Shown here in pieces: positions 50,122-61,816 of a stretch of 64,000 nucleotides of DNA. The DNA comes from Klebsormidium nitens. Taxonomy: Eukaryota > Plantae > Klebsormidiophyceae. Made by a program: the position numbers and the translations under genes. The stretch covers positions 1 through 64,000 of the forward strand of contig DF237223.1 of the NCBI GenBank assembly GCA_000708835.1, read 5' to 3'. Position 1 is the first letter of the stretch. Every line of letters starts with the position of its first letter. The notes under the pieces are model-generated. The model made no database searches, was not told the origin of the DNA, and worked only from the letters and a program-made list of their open reading frames with translations.

Positions 50122-50278
50122 GCAGATATTGCAGATTACTTTAATTGCAGATTACCGGTATTGCAGATTATTGGCCCGGCCGGACATGCAGTGTCACTGC
50201 GCATTTTGAGTGATGGGCGCGGGAATTGGCGAGGGGGTTAGGGTTTGGGCCTTTGAGGCTGTTAGGGTTTTAGGGTTT
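50122..50278. promoter_or_regulatory. Candidate cis-element cluster in the divergent GCP2 / GCR1_C-gene interval
   Basis: Three copies of TTGCAGATTA at about 50130-50171. Three telo-box motifs TAGGGTTT at 50239, 50263 and 50271, the first abutting a site II TGGGCC at 50246-50251. Confidence 0.45.
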
Positions 50279-51728
50279 CAGCTTTCAACTGTTCAACCAG
50301 TACGGTTCGAGCCGTCTCGCCTAGTCTCGCCTCCTCTAGTTCTGCCCTTGGTGACATCATGCAAGCGTACCGAACGGACAAGAGTGTCGACCAAGTTAAA
50401 CACAATACAGCTGTCCGCCAGTGTCATTGGCGTCCGTTGTTCCGCAGCCAGGAGGGCAGGCGCCACTGTAGTCTGTAGCCCAGGTCCAGGACCTTGATGG
50501 GGTCGCCAGCTGGATCAGCTCACCTTTCTTGTTCAGCTGCCAGGCGATTAAGGCAGTTTTAGCTGTCCAAGCCACTGCTATCTGGCCCAGCTGCTGCGTT
50601 CGAGCATGCATCTTTCCTTGACCCAGGCTTCTAGATAGACTCGTCCTCATGTTTTCCTAACATGTAGAAGGCCTTTTGTAGCGCTCGAGTCCTTTCAAGG
50701 GGCAGGCCTGAGTCCTGCCAAGAATGTGTTACAAGAAAGACATTGAAGTGTAAGTGCACTTGCAGCAATAAGGCGCCCAGAAGAGGTGCAGAGTAGCTGA
50801 AGGCATTCTGCTCTGACAGGAAGCAGCTGTTAGCCCCCGTCTGAGGAGTTGCAAAGTTAAGTAGATACCCAGCGGATGGACTCTGGTGGTTGACCATGCA
50901 GCTTGTTCTGGATCTCCGGTGTTGAGCGTCAGAGTGGGACATGCCTCGCGAATCGTTTGGGCATGGGACCAGTGATCGGCTGCTAAAACCAGTTTGGTTG
51001 CCTTTTGAAGTTTTGTGGTTCTCTTGGCTATCCAATTTTGCCAGGCCACCTTTTGATGTTGGAAGAACTGAAAACCTTACAGTCACAAGTTGCCCAGGCT
51101 TCTCTTCCTGCTTGTGGTTCAACTGAGCAATGTGCAATTTACCAGGCCCCCACTGATAGACTAGCAAACTTGGGCAAGCCTGACTTAGGATGCCAGTTTC
51201 TCACACCAGATTTTGAGCAAGTTTCAAAAGGTTGGGTATTGCAGTATTTGGCCAAGTCCTGTACGGCAGTATTCTGACCAAGTCCTTCCCCTCTCCTTCC
51301 TCAGCATCCCAGACCGCTTCTACGGTTTCGGTTTTCCCCCAGCTTCATTGAGACACTTCAGTGGCCACACGCAACCTCAGGGCACATCTGGAGTCATCAG
51401 AGCCCATTTTGGGACGCCTCTGTTCAGGTGCGCTCAGTTGAAAATAGTCACCGGCTCCAAGGTCCTTCCAGTCCAATGTTTGGCACACCAGTAGCGGCAG
51501 TTGCTTGCCGTGCCTGGGTGGAAAATAAGGGGGAAAGCCTGCCCCGTGCGCTTATGCAAGTCATTTTTCGTTCATATGCACTGTCCCGCTTGACGCCCCT
51601 TTCACATTGTCCCACTTCATGCCCCTTTCAATCGTGTGCATGTGTCAGTTGCTGGTCTTTAACGCAGTCTTCTGACAAGTCCTGGAAACATACAAGTTAT
51701 TAACTACTCCCTACAGGAAGGAGAGCCC

Positions 51729-53861
51729 ATGGATACTCCGACGGTGCATCTCGAGCACCCCCCCCCTCCTGCGCTCTGCGAGACCCCCCCCCAGCAGCGC
51801 CTGCCTCCCTTTGCCCACGAGCAGCCAGAGACACCCCCGAATCAGTTCCCAGTCCTCACGTCCCCCCCCCAAAGCAATGCACTTCTTTCCCAGACCCCAA
51901 CACTTACCCCTCAAAGCCAGGAAACCCCCACCCATAGCCAAGCTGCCCTCTCCCCAGAATATGCAAACCTGCCTCAGGCGCGTGCGATCCTCCCAGCGCC
52001 GACATTAGCGGAGCAGAGCCCTTCAGTACAAAGTGCGGGCGAGTCGCAGGTTAACATCGTCAATGGGGTAAGACATCACTCTGCCTGCGAATATGTAGGT
52101 GGAGTGGCGGTGTGTCTGCGCTTGTGTTACTGCAGAAGGCTCGTTTGAGTTCAAGGTTGCCCTTCAAGTGGGGGCTAAAAGCGGCTCTCTTTAGGGGGGG
52201 CCAGACAGCTGCAATGCCCCCATCCATTGACGCCTGGGTTCCGGGACTGGTTTTTGTTGCTTCAATTGCACATCCATGTGGATCGCAAGATGTCGAGATG
52301 ACAAGCTGGTCAAGTTTCACCTGGTGTTTTTGTTTTTCTTGCATCTGAACTGCAAAGATAGCATTCTCGAATCTGCATAAGCCCACTTGCTCCGATTTCG
52401 TGCACTTTTCCTGTCCGCCTTCTCACAATCCAAGCAGCTTCGCTCTCGGTTATCAAGCCTCAAGACACTTAGGAAACACTTCACCGCGCGGGTCTCACCA
52501 GGTGATTAAAAATACACGTTCCGCTGACATGCGCCCTTTTCCCCGCCAGGTGGACATCCTGCGCGAGATTCAGCGGCTGGCGTCCCGCGTGGACAGCGTC
52601 ATGAACGAGGTGTCCCAGGTGAAGCAAGTCCAGTACACGCTAGAGTCGCTCATCCGCAGCTCCGCCGCTTCCCCTGGGCGCAAAACCCCCAAGACCACCC
52701 CCAAGAAACGACAGCGGAAAAAGGCCCCCCCAAAAGAGCCCCAGGCGCAGGCCCCCCCAGCCCCTCCCGTAGTTGCTCCCCCACCCCCCGAGCCGCCTGC
52801 CGAGGCAGAGGAATCGGAGGGGCTGTATGACTGGCCTCCCGTGAAGACGGTGGAGGAGTGCTGGCGCGAGATGTACGAGGGGCTCGACGGGCGGCCCTCG
52901 CTGATGCAGCTCGAGGAGCAGCACGCCAGCGGGTGGCGCCGGAAGAAGGGCCAGCGGCAGCGCTTCTGCGAGAAGAAGCAGGTGGGGAAGGGCGCAATTG
53001 ACGCGCATGGTGGATGATCTGATTGTCTCTCGTTAACCCATTCTTACATGATGAACCTCGTTTTACCAATATTGCTTTGACGTTGATTGCTTTAATTCTT
53101 GTCAGGTGTTTGCTCGTTCGATTCCAGTTGGATCAGACACGCTGAAGTCGTCTTCAACTGTTACTTAAGTAGAGCAATATGCACTTGCATATCGTCAACA
53201 TTTACCCCCCAGAATCAGCTGGCTTTGAGTTTATGCCAAGCTCAAGTTGATGTAACTCCGGCAGGTCTGCGAGTACGTGAAGCACCTGGCGATCGAGAAC
53301 CGGTGCTCGCACCAGGCGGCCATCCAGCACCTGGCCAACAAGAAGGAGAGCTTGTGCAAGCTGCTGCTGCGGCTGCGGCAGTACAAGAAGTCGGCCAGGG
53401 AGATGGAGGCGCAACAGGCGGCCAACACGATCCGGAGCGGGGGGGCTGGCGGCCCACAGCATATGCAGGGGATGCAGGGCGGGTTCCAAAACGGTATGGT
53501 CATGGCTATGCAGCCAGGCATGCAGCTTGGCGGGCAGAGCGGAATGGACAGCGGAATGCAGCCTGCCATGCCGGCCGGAATGCAACCGGGCATGCAGGCG
53601 GGCATGATGCAGCCAGGAATGCAGGACGGAATGCAACCGGGGATGCACCCTGGGATGCAACCCGGGATGCAGACTGGGATGCAGATGGTTATGGAGCCGG
53701 TGATGCAGCCCGGAGTGCAGAACGGAGTGCAGAACGGAGCAGTGCAGTCTGGGTTGCCGTCGGGGATGGAAGGAGAAATGCACGACGGGATGTCAACGGA
53801 GATGCAGTCGGGGAGGCAGAACGGTACACCGAGTGCCCTCCAAGAACCTGCGCAGGGATAA
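51729..53861 (+). CDS. GCR1_C-domain putative transcription factor with MQPG-repeat C-terminus (exons 51729-52049, 52550-52981, 53265-53861; upstream exon likely)
   Basis: Phase-0 GT-AG introns. The protein has a P/Q-rich N-terminus, a short coiled coil and a basic NLS-like stretch PKKRQRKK. It then reads LYDWPPVKTVEECWREMYEGLDGRPSLMQLEEQHASGWRRKKGQRQRFCEKKQ|VCEYVKHLA, fitting the GCR1_C consensus (TV..lWrEw..Gl.g.Ps+..Le..g..WR). Confidence 0.82.
53463..53822 (+). repeat. Coding period-12-nt repeat (Met-Gln-Pro-Gly-like tetrapeptides)
   Basis: MQGMQGG...MQPGMQLG...MQPAMPAGMQPGMQAGMMQPGMQDGMQPGMHPGMQPGMQTG...VQNGVQNG; roughly 25-30 degenerate units. Confidence 0.9.
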
Positions 53862-54350
53862 AGCACCAAATTCGGCAAGGGAAGGGGTGTACTCGTTTTA
53901 GATACAGGGTGGATCTGCTGACCGCCCACAGGCGTCAAACTTGGGCCAAAACAATGGTCAACTTGCACGAGTCAGTTCAGAAGTTGGCGTCACCGTGTAT
54001 GAGTTAGGACTGCTCATTGACTTGGAATGTAACTCGCATCTTATATTGTTGCGGTTAGATGCGTGTCTTGTTTCGTAAGCTCATCATCCGGAACTTAGCC
54101 TTCTTCCAAAAGTTTTCAGCGGATGAAGTGGCTATGGCAACATAGCTAGGGCGTGCATCATTTAACGGTGATGCATTCATTTCATTGATCACTCAGTGCT
54201 TGCATTTGATTTGCACGGTTCATAAATTCGGCATGCATGAGTCACGCACATGCACGTTGTGCAGGCCCCCTGAGACGGCCTTGATTATACAGCCATGCAT
54301 GCTTCGCCATAATGATACCGGATTGTGCCGGCATGATCACATTTTTGTAC

Positions 54351-54394
54351 AGTGAAGACCCAGCTTTTGCATAGTGAAGACCCAGCTTTTGCAT
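54351..54394. repeat. Perfect 22-bp tandem duplication
   Basis: AGTGAAGACCCAGCTTTTGCAT twice, head to tail. Confidence 0.85.
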
Positions 54395-54710
54395 GCTGTG
54401 GTATGATCCCCTCTCATGGTTTGCATGAAACGATTAACACCAAAAATGCAGAACTCTGCATAGATTGACAATGCATGATGGGCATATACCTGCCACCATG
54501 CGGGACTCTTGAGACGTACACAAGAAAAGTCATTGTCAGGACCACCTTGTGTCATCTCAAGTTCTATTCTGGGGCGGATGTCATTGGTATATGTCATTGG
54601 ACTGTAGTATATGTCTAGGCCTCGATGAATTGACACGACAACCGCAATCATGACTAGCGCTCTTTGAATTACAAGCAAAGTTGCAAGCAACAAACAAAAC
54701 AAGCCCTCTA

Positions 54711-57700
54711 TCAGTCGACGTCCGCATCGAAAGATCTCGTGAAAGATACTCTCGGCTCAGCTGCCTCTTCTAGCGGAGTGCCGGATAGCATGCCAACATT
54801 CTGCTCAAGAGCACGGAGAAGTGCCGCCTCAAGCCAGATCTGCTTCTCAAGAGACCGTCGCTGTTGGCGCTCGAGACGAGACTGAAGCGCCGTAAACTCC
54901 TGTGGAAACCAGATTAAGATGACATTGGGAGGCTGGACCTTACGTACTACTTAATTCTAAACGAGGAAAGAAAAAGAAGTTTTCTGAATGAAATGGGGGG
55001 CGCTAGTCCAGAAGGTAAAAGCAAGAAGTAGAGAGACACATCCTTCGCCTATGCGATCTTAGAACGGATCCCTCAACTTTCGCTGCAAGCACTAAGGACA
55101 AGTTGCATTAGCAGTGGCACAGCCTTCGAGGTTACTCTATTTCAAGATGCCCGACAAATGTCTCGTTCACAAGATGTAAAACGGAGAGAATTGGGTTTGA
55201 TAAGCTCACACTGGTCACACGTTCGATCCAGTCGAATCCGACCAAGAAGTGCTGTCCGCGAGAACTTGCTGGTGAAACGTGGATTGGGCCGTCGAGAAGA
55301 GAAGACGGAGTTTGTAGCTGGTCGCAAGAGCTGCGCAGAAAGGCGAACCAACCAACTTAGACGGTTGTGGTAAAGAGGGATGCGGTGTTCGATAACCAAT
55401 TAGATCTGATCCCATGGTTTTGGGAAAAGGTTGCTCCCGATCAAGTCGCCACACGAGAATCTCCACAGATGTAGTCAATAGCAGGGTTGCTTGCGAACGA
55501 TGTCAACAGGCCTTAAAAAAGGAACGAAGTGCCAGAAAACTACATCTGAGAAGTATGAGAGGAGAGGTTGACCTTCATCGCCTACGTACCTGCTTCGGAG
55601 GGCTGCAAATTCTCGGAGCTTTGACAGAGAAGCAGACTCTTGCTGCTCTCCACCTCCGTGCAAGCTGCCCTTGTCCGAAGGCGAGCGCGTTTCTGTTCTG
55701 CCGAACCCGAACAAGAGCTGCCTGCCCGACAGACGCCGCTGCGCTTCTTCTCGGATGGAAAACCCTTGCGCGGGGCTTGACGCTGCCGACCCGGAGGGCG
55801 AGCCCCGGTGAGCTCCGCTCAGTCTAGCGCGTGCCCGCCCGAGCGCCCGGTTTGCGACGACCCCTTTGGCTCCTTTTGCCCCAGACTGCGACAAGCGACG
55901 CTGAATCTCTACAAGGGCCGAGTCGAGCGCCGCCTGGCACTCTATCAGGGAGTCTCCTCCCGACTGGTCTGAGAACGTCGGTCCGTCAGGGGAAGGGAAA
56001 GCAAAGTGACTGGTCGGCGAAGCATCGTAGTCGTCGCCTAAGAGGCATGCAGGGCCCAGCTGATGCGGCAACCCTGCTGTGGCTGCCGAACTGAGACCCC
56101 GGTTGAATCTCTCGTCCCCTAGGTCGATCGTGCTGCCAAAACCGAGCGGTTCTGAAGGCTGCCACTGCGGCCGCGCGCGCTCTGACGGCCGCAGCGGGGA
56201 TAGCGAGATGATGGGCGAGCCGGGGTGTCCGTCAGAGAACGCAGATGGTGAGGAAAGCACTGCTGTTTGGTCAGGTTCTCTCTCCGTTACCGCACATTCT
56301 GGGGCTGGATCATCCGAAGCGGGAGGGTTGTTGAAGAACGGCTCGGGAGGCTTCTCGTACGACTCTCCGGCGGGTGTTCCTGCCGGGAAACTGGGAGACC
56401 TCTCCTCTTCCAAGGCCGCCGCTAAACGGTTAATGTCGTCCATCTTGTGCTCCTGATCCTGCGAGGACCAAGAAGATTCACAATAAGGAGGACAGACAAC
56501 AGTAAACTTTCTCGTAATGCGTGAAAGATCAGACGAGAGGACCACTTCTCTTCGACGACCTCTGATCCATCCACAGGAGCATCACATGCTTGGAAGCAAA
56601 TTTAGCTTGGCTGGAGAGACAGCTTGGTCAAACCCCAGAAAAAGGCACTTTGAGTGATGCAGATTATCTACAAAAAGCTACTGAAGTTTCATGCATCAGT
56701 CTCAGAGAATGGTTCGCGTACCTCCAAAAGCTTTTTTAGCGCAAAGAAGTCCGCAGCTTTCACAGTGACAAAGTCCGCCTCCGCGCCCTTTTCCTGATCG
56801 CTCGGGTGGTCATTCAACACGCGGAACGTGATTGGCTCAAGCTGGGGAGAATTCAAACGGGCCTCTCCTCTCCTCCCCAGCTCGAGACGCTCTCGGCTGA
56901 GCTCTTGGATCGTTTCCTCGCGTTTCGCCAGCTCCGCCCGCGTCTCTTCGAGCCGCCTGACCGTTGCGCTTAGCTCCTGCTTGATCTCCTTTGCTGCGTC
57001 TCTCCTTGCTCGTGCGAAGTCCCGCTCGCGCGCGTCCCAGCGCATCTTCATCTCCCTGACGATCCCCAGCAGAACGGCGTTCTTCTTCTGCTCCGCCTGC
57101 ACGTCCAGGGTGCGGCCCGAAAGCTCGTCTTTAACCTTCTGCATCTGCGACCGTAGGGACTCTACCAAGCCCTCCAGGCCTTGCCTTGCGCGATTCCCCT
57201 CTGCTGGCTCCCCCTCCCCGCTGTGCTCTCGGTTTAGTCCACCGGCTGTCTCACCGGCAGAGCGTCTCAGGTCTACGGTTGGATCCTCTCTCATGGCTTC
57301 TGGACGTTTCCCTGCGGTCTCTTGCCTTTCCAGGCCGCCGCTGAGAATTGTCTGGAGCTGGCGGAGCTCGCTTTCAATGTGCGCTTCCCTTTCCCTGCGA
57401 AAGAAGCACGCAAGCAGCTGGTTTGCAAGGCCTTTCTAGAAGCAGGAACCCGATCAGGTACTTACAATAACGACAGGTGACTGGATACAGAATGCAACAG
57501 ATCCTTGAGTCAGACCCGAAGAAGAAGAAACTTTGTTGGAAACAAATCAAACGACTTGTCTCAGAAGATATCGAGCTCAAGTATTCCAGAACGACGTTTC
57601 CGGAATAAACAAACCTGAAATTAAGCTTAAGAGGAACTTGAATGAAAGTGTCTATACCTGAAGATGCTGTTCATCTGCTCCATCTCCTCCTCGTGCCATC

Positions 57701-60700
57701 CTTCTGCCTCCTGGAACCGCAGCCTCGCGTCCTCGAGCGCCAGCTCCAGCTCTTCCTTATCTCTTTGCAGAATGCTGCGCTGCAGGGCGAACTCTGCCGC
57801 TTTCTCCCGCAGGGCGGTCGGCCACTTCTGAAGCTCATCTTTCAGGCCCGCCAATTCTGTTTCGTAGATTTGAAGCTCCGTTCTCAACCTGACAGTATAA
57901 GAATGTATTGGAGCTGAGCAACCGGGCACCCTGCGGATTGCACTAATGCACGTTTTTCAGAGTAAACAGACCGGGAGCTGCTCTGCCGTTTCGATCACCG
58001 ATCCGAAATCTTTCTCTTGTCGTAAAGATAGACAAATCTGGTTCTCGGACTTGTTGAGATTGATTTTCATGGTTGGAAGGCTATCGACTCATCAAAAGCG
58101 TTGAATACAAAAAAACAGGTTTAGCTCCTTCGTATGTTCTTTCGGTCTGCCCACAGCTCTTTTGATCGGTGGACTCCCGTTTCATCTGTCTCCCACCTTT
58201 CACAGATCATGCTTACCTCGCCTCGTAAAGTTGGTGCTCTTCGATCCGAGCGTCCTTCAGAGTCAATTCTGCGTCCGTCTGGCTGGCCTTGGTCCTCAGC
58301 TCTTCAACGAGCCTCTCGAGGTTTTCAATCTGAGTGCGGAAGAAAGACTCATTTCAATGCCGAACAGAGCCGATAAAGCAGTCCTATAAAAATGGAGATG
58401 AACTTCATTGGCAGCCTTCTGGACCTACTGGGGCACATGCAGATCTACTGAGCAAGATCTGCAGATAGAAGTATCGGACACCTTACGCTTTGGCGGACTC
58501 TTTACAAAGCTTCGTTGAACGATATCCTGGTGTTAGGGTCCCGTCCAATCGCTGTTTCCATCTTTTGCCAAAAGAAGCTATTGGCATCGAAAGGCTAGCA
58601 CAGAAGATTGCCTCAATTCTCACCTTGAGAGGATCCGGCGGCTGCTCCTGCTCACCGACCACCGGTACTTTCTCTTCAGTTGCAGCCTTCTGCGTAAAGC
58701 CGGATCTCCAGTCTTCCGCAGCGAGGCTCTCGTTTCGCTGCAGCTTTTCTGAGAGAATGTCCACTTGACCCTCTTTTTCAAACAGCTTCAGCTGCATCTC
58801 CTCGACTTCCACCTTCTGAGCAGCTGCTTCTCGGTCACGCTCCGCCTTCATCTCTTCCACCTGCCGGCGAGAATGACTCAGCTCTATCTGCACAGCCTTC
58901 AAGTCCTCCTGCAGCCGCGTCACCACAGTTACAAGGCTTTCCTTTTCCCTCTTTACAAGGTCGTTCGTCGTTTCCTGTCGTTTCAATCTCTCGCTGAGCT
59001 CTACGATCTGCTTCAGCTCCGCCTCCCGCGCTGCTTGACGTCTTGAGAGCTCAGACTCCAGTCTGGAGCACTGATTCTCCAGCTTGTTGACCTCTGCCAA
59101 AGCATTGCTTCCCTGTTCTACAGCCGCCTCCTTCGTTCGTTTCCATCTCTCGAGCTCCTCCATCAGAGCGTGCAACGCATCTGCTTCCTGTCTCCCGTGC
59201 TCGGGGCTTGCATTGTTGTCGCCCGCCGGCAGCTTCTTGAACTGTTTCATGATGCCTGATAAGTCTGTCTCGCGCTCAATGACAAGCTTTTGGGCGCTCT
59301 CTAGCATTCTCTTGAGCTCAGCAATGCGCTCCTTCTGATCCCTTGCCTCTCGTTCGAGACTGCCACCGGTCTCCGCGCAAACTTCTTTTTTAGCTGCTTC
59401 TAAAGTCACTTTGGCGGAATCATGGTCACCTTCTAAGCGCTCCAAAGCGGCAGACAGATTTGCCCGTTCTTCCTGTTCCATTCCAAGCTGAAGCTCAACC
59501 ATCTGCAACTGTGCTTCTAATTCCTCAATCCTGATTTGAGAAGCCCTCTTGGTCACTTCCGCTGCATCTTCGGCTTTCCGATGCTTCTCTTTCAAATTTC
59601 TCAGCGCTTTCTCCATCTCTTTCGACTGCGTAGAGACACAAGATTTGCATGTCAGAGAATGCTTGGACTGGAAGCCGGCTTTTCCAGTTCGACAAATGGC
59701 AAGCCGGATGTCAACAACTCTGCTTCGAAGGATGGAACACAGGGAAACTATGTTGACAGCATGAACGCATTCCATTCCCATCCGATGTGCAATATTTTCC
59801 ACTACAGAAGTTTTCCACTACTTTCTGGCAGTTAGGTATGGATCAGCCGCAAATGAGAGCGGCTAGATTTTGGAGATTTTGAGCCTGATTGGTCTGACCT
59901 TAGCAGCCACTGCCATCTCCCTCGCTCTCCGCATCTCCTCCTCTCCTTCTCGCATCTCCACCATCACGCCGCGAATGACTTCGTCCATCTCCTCCTGTTT
60001 TGCGGCCAACACGCGATCCAGTTCCTTCCGCATGCTCTGCTTCTCATGCTCTGCTCGCCGGCGATCCTCCTTCGATGCTCGCAATCCCTGCCGGAGGGCG
60101 TCCACTTCGAACTTTAAGGCCCTCAGATGCTCTGGGTCTGTGCTGGTCTCCTGCAAATCAAACACGTCACTTCAGCTATCTTCGAGCAGGCAGCAGGTCC
60201 TTACAATGTTGCATTCCTTCTACGTTTCCTCGTTGAGGCGCGAATGCTACAGAGTCAAATAAGCTTTGCAGATTGGAATTAAGCAGATCCAAGAGAGATT
60301 TCCAAGATCTAACAACAGATTGGAATTAAGCATACAAGATCCAAGAGAGATTTTCGATCTCACGTATTTTTCTTTGGTCTTTGGGATCTTACCTCTTGCA
60401 GGCGCCGCTCCGACGCTGTCTTCTGACCGCTTAGAGGTTGGTCGAACTTCCGCCCGCTCTTGAGGTTCCGGTTGTGCTTCTCGTGAAGGGGACTCCTCAA
60501 ATCCTCACTTGCTGAAGAGTATCTATGCTGCGTTTCGGAAGAATCGACGCCGAAGCTCTCCAGAGAGCCCAAGCTGGCGGTTGACAGACGTCCTTCACCT
60601 TCTCTACCAATTTGTCTTTCGAACTGAGATGTTGCTTTCACAGAAGATACGCTTCCTCCGGTAAGAACCGGTTGCTCAAATACACCAATTTCTGGAGCAC

Positions 60701-61816
60701 AGTCTGGAACAGAGTGTTTCTCGAAAGGTAAAGGAGGTCCAGGACCACTCGCAACCCTGCTCTCAATGACCTCTTGATTCAGCCTGATACTCGGTCCTTT
60801 GTCCAACTGGTCATTTCTCTGGACCTCTGTCAAAGGATCACCGCGATTCGAGGCGGCAAGTTGGGAGCCTTCGGCAGATTCGGACAGGTGTGATCCGGTG
60901 TCCAAAAACGCTTCGTCGTGCTCGCTGAGGTTCTCAAGAAGCTGCAAAGGACGTGAAACTGGATAAAGACAACCGATCGAAACCAACGTCTGCATTGAAG
61001 CCGTATCCAGCAGTATCCTTGCTTAGTTCCTCGGGAGTCGGAATTCAAAATCGAGACTCCTAATAATCTACAGTTGCTGCACATCTAAGGTTACTCCAGA
61101 TTGTTGTTGAATGCCCTAATCTTGACGGCAGAGAGAATACAGGTTGGCAATACCATCTTTGGACGTCTTTCCCGCATGATCTTACCGAAGCACAATATTA
61201 AGCTTTACACTCGCTCTATTTCGAATTCTATCTTCGTCATCAAGACCTTTTAGGATGACGAAGTTCGCTTACCTCCGATGGAGGCTCTCCCGGTTCCGAG
61301 GATGCCATGGAGCCAGGATTTTCAACACCTTGTGACCTCTTCAGAAACTCACGAACTGTAAGAGACTTGCCCTGCAAAGAAAAGTAAAGCCTGTCAATGT
61401 AGTTCCCAGCACTCCAGATGTCCTGCAAGAAACTGGCTGCCCAACTCCTATCATCCTTGATCCATGATTCACGGATTATGTCGCATCGAGAAATCCACAA
61501 CAACGGATAGACGCAGGAAGATTGGCATTCTCTGGGCATCTGGCCGGTCTCATCCCAAAAAATGTCTGCTCTGAGCCCCAGTGTATCAAAGCAAAGCCGA
61601 AGCAAAAGACTCAAAACAAGTAAGGTGGTTTACAAACGAAGTACGCACCTTGCCGTGGTGAAATTCACACTGAACTGACGGCTTCTCAGACAAGACTTTC
61701 ACTCTGTTGTCTCCTGCCTTCAGCCCACAGTCTCTACCGGCAGAGGAATGAGCGATGGTTGAAGATTCTAGTGAGTATGTTCCTGGGCCTGCATCGGATG
61801 AAGTCGCAGGGGTCAT
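54711..61816 (-). CDS. Large coiled-coil protein of unknown family (multi-exon; 5' end uncertain)
   Basis: Long E/K/R/L/A heptad-rich exons at about 59863-60150, 58490-59640, 57630-57890 and 56690-57400, plus low-complexity exons at 60390-60960 and 55600-56460. The final exon is EFTALQSRLERQQRRSLEKQIWLEAALLRALEQN...DADVD* (stop 54711-54713). Confidence 0.75.
60270..60353. repeat. Intronic imperfect direct repeat of about 32 bp
   Basis: CAGATTGGAATTAAGCA(-/TACAA)GATCCAAGAGAGATTT occurs twice. Confidence 0.7.

Noticed and set aside
50300-51700. Tyrosine-recombinase (Crypton) exons upstream of the GCR1_C gene
   Set aside because: I saw no R-H-R-Y catalytic motifs or long frame; probably UTR exons and introns.
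53202-53968. Cys-rich 'CIPGCIPG' metallothionein-like ORF and His-rich ORF on the minus strand
   Set aside because: Both are antisense shadows of the MQPG repeat exon, which is supported by splice sites and the GCR1_C domain on the plus strand.
54337-54702. 121-aa minus-strand ORF
   Set aside because: It starts at an alternative codon just downstream of the coiled-coil gene stop; probably 3' UTR.
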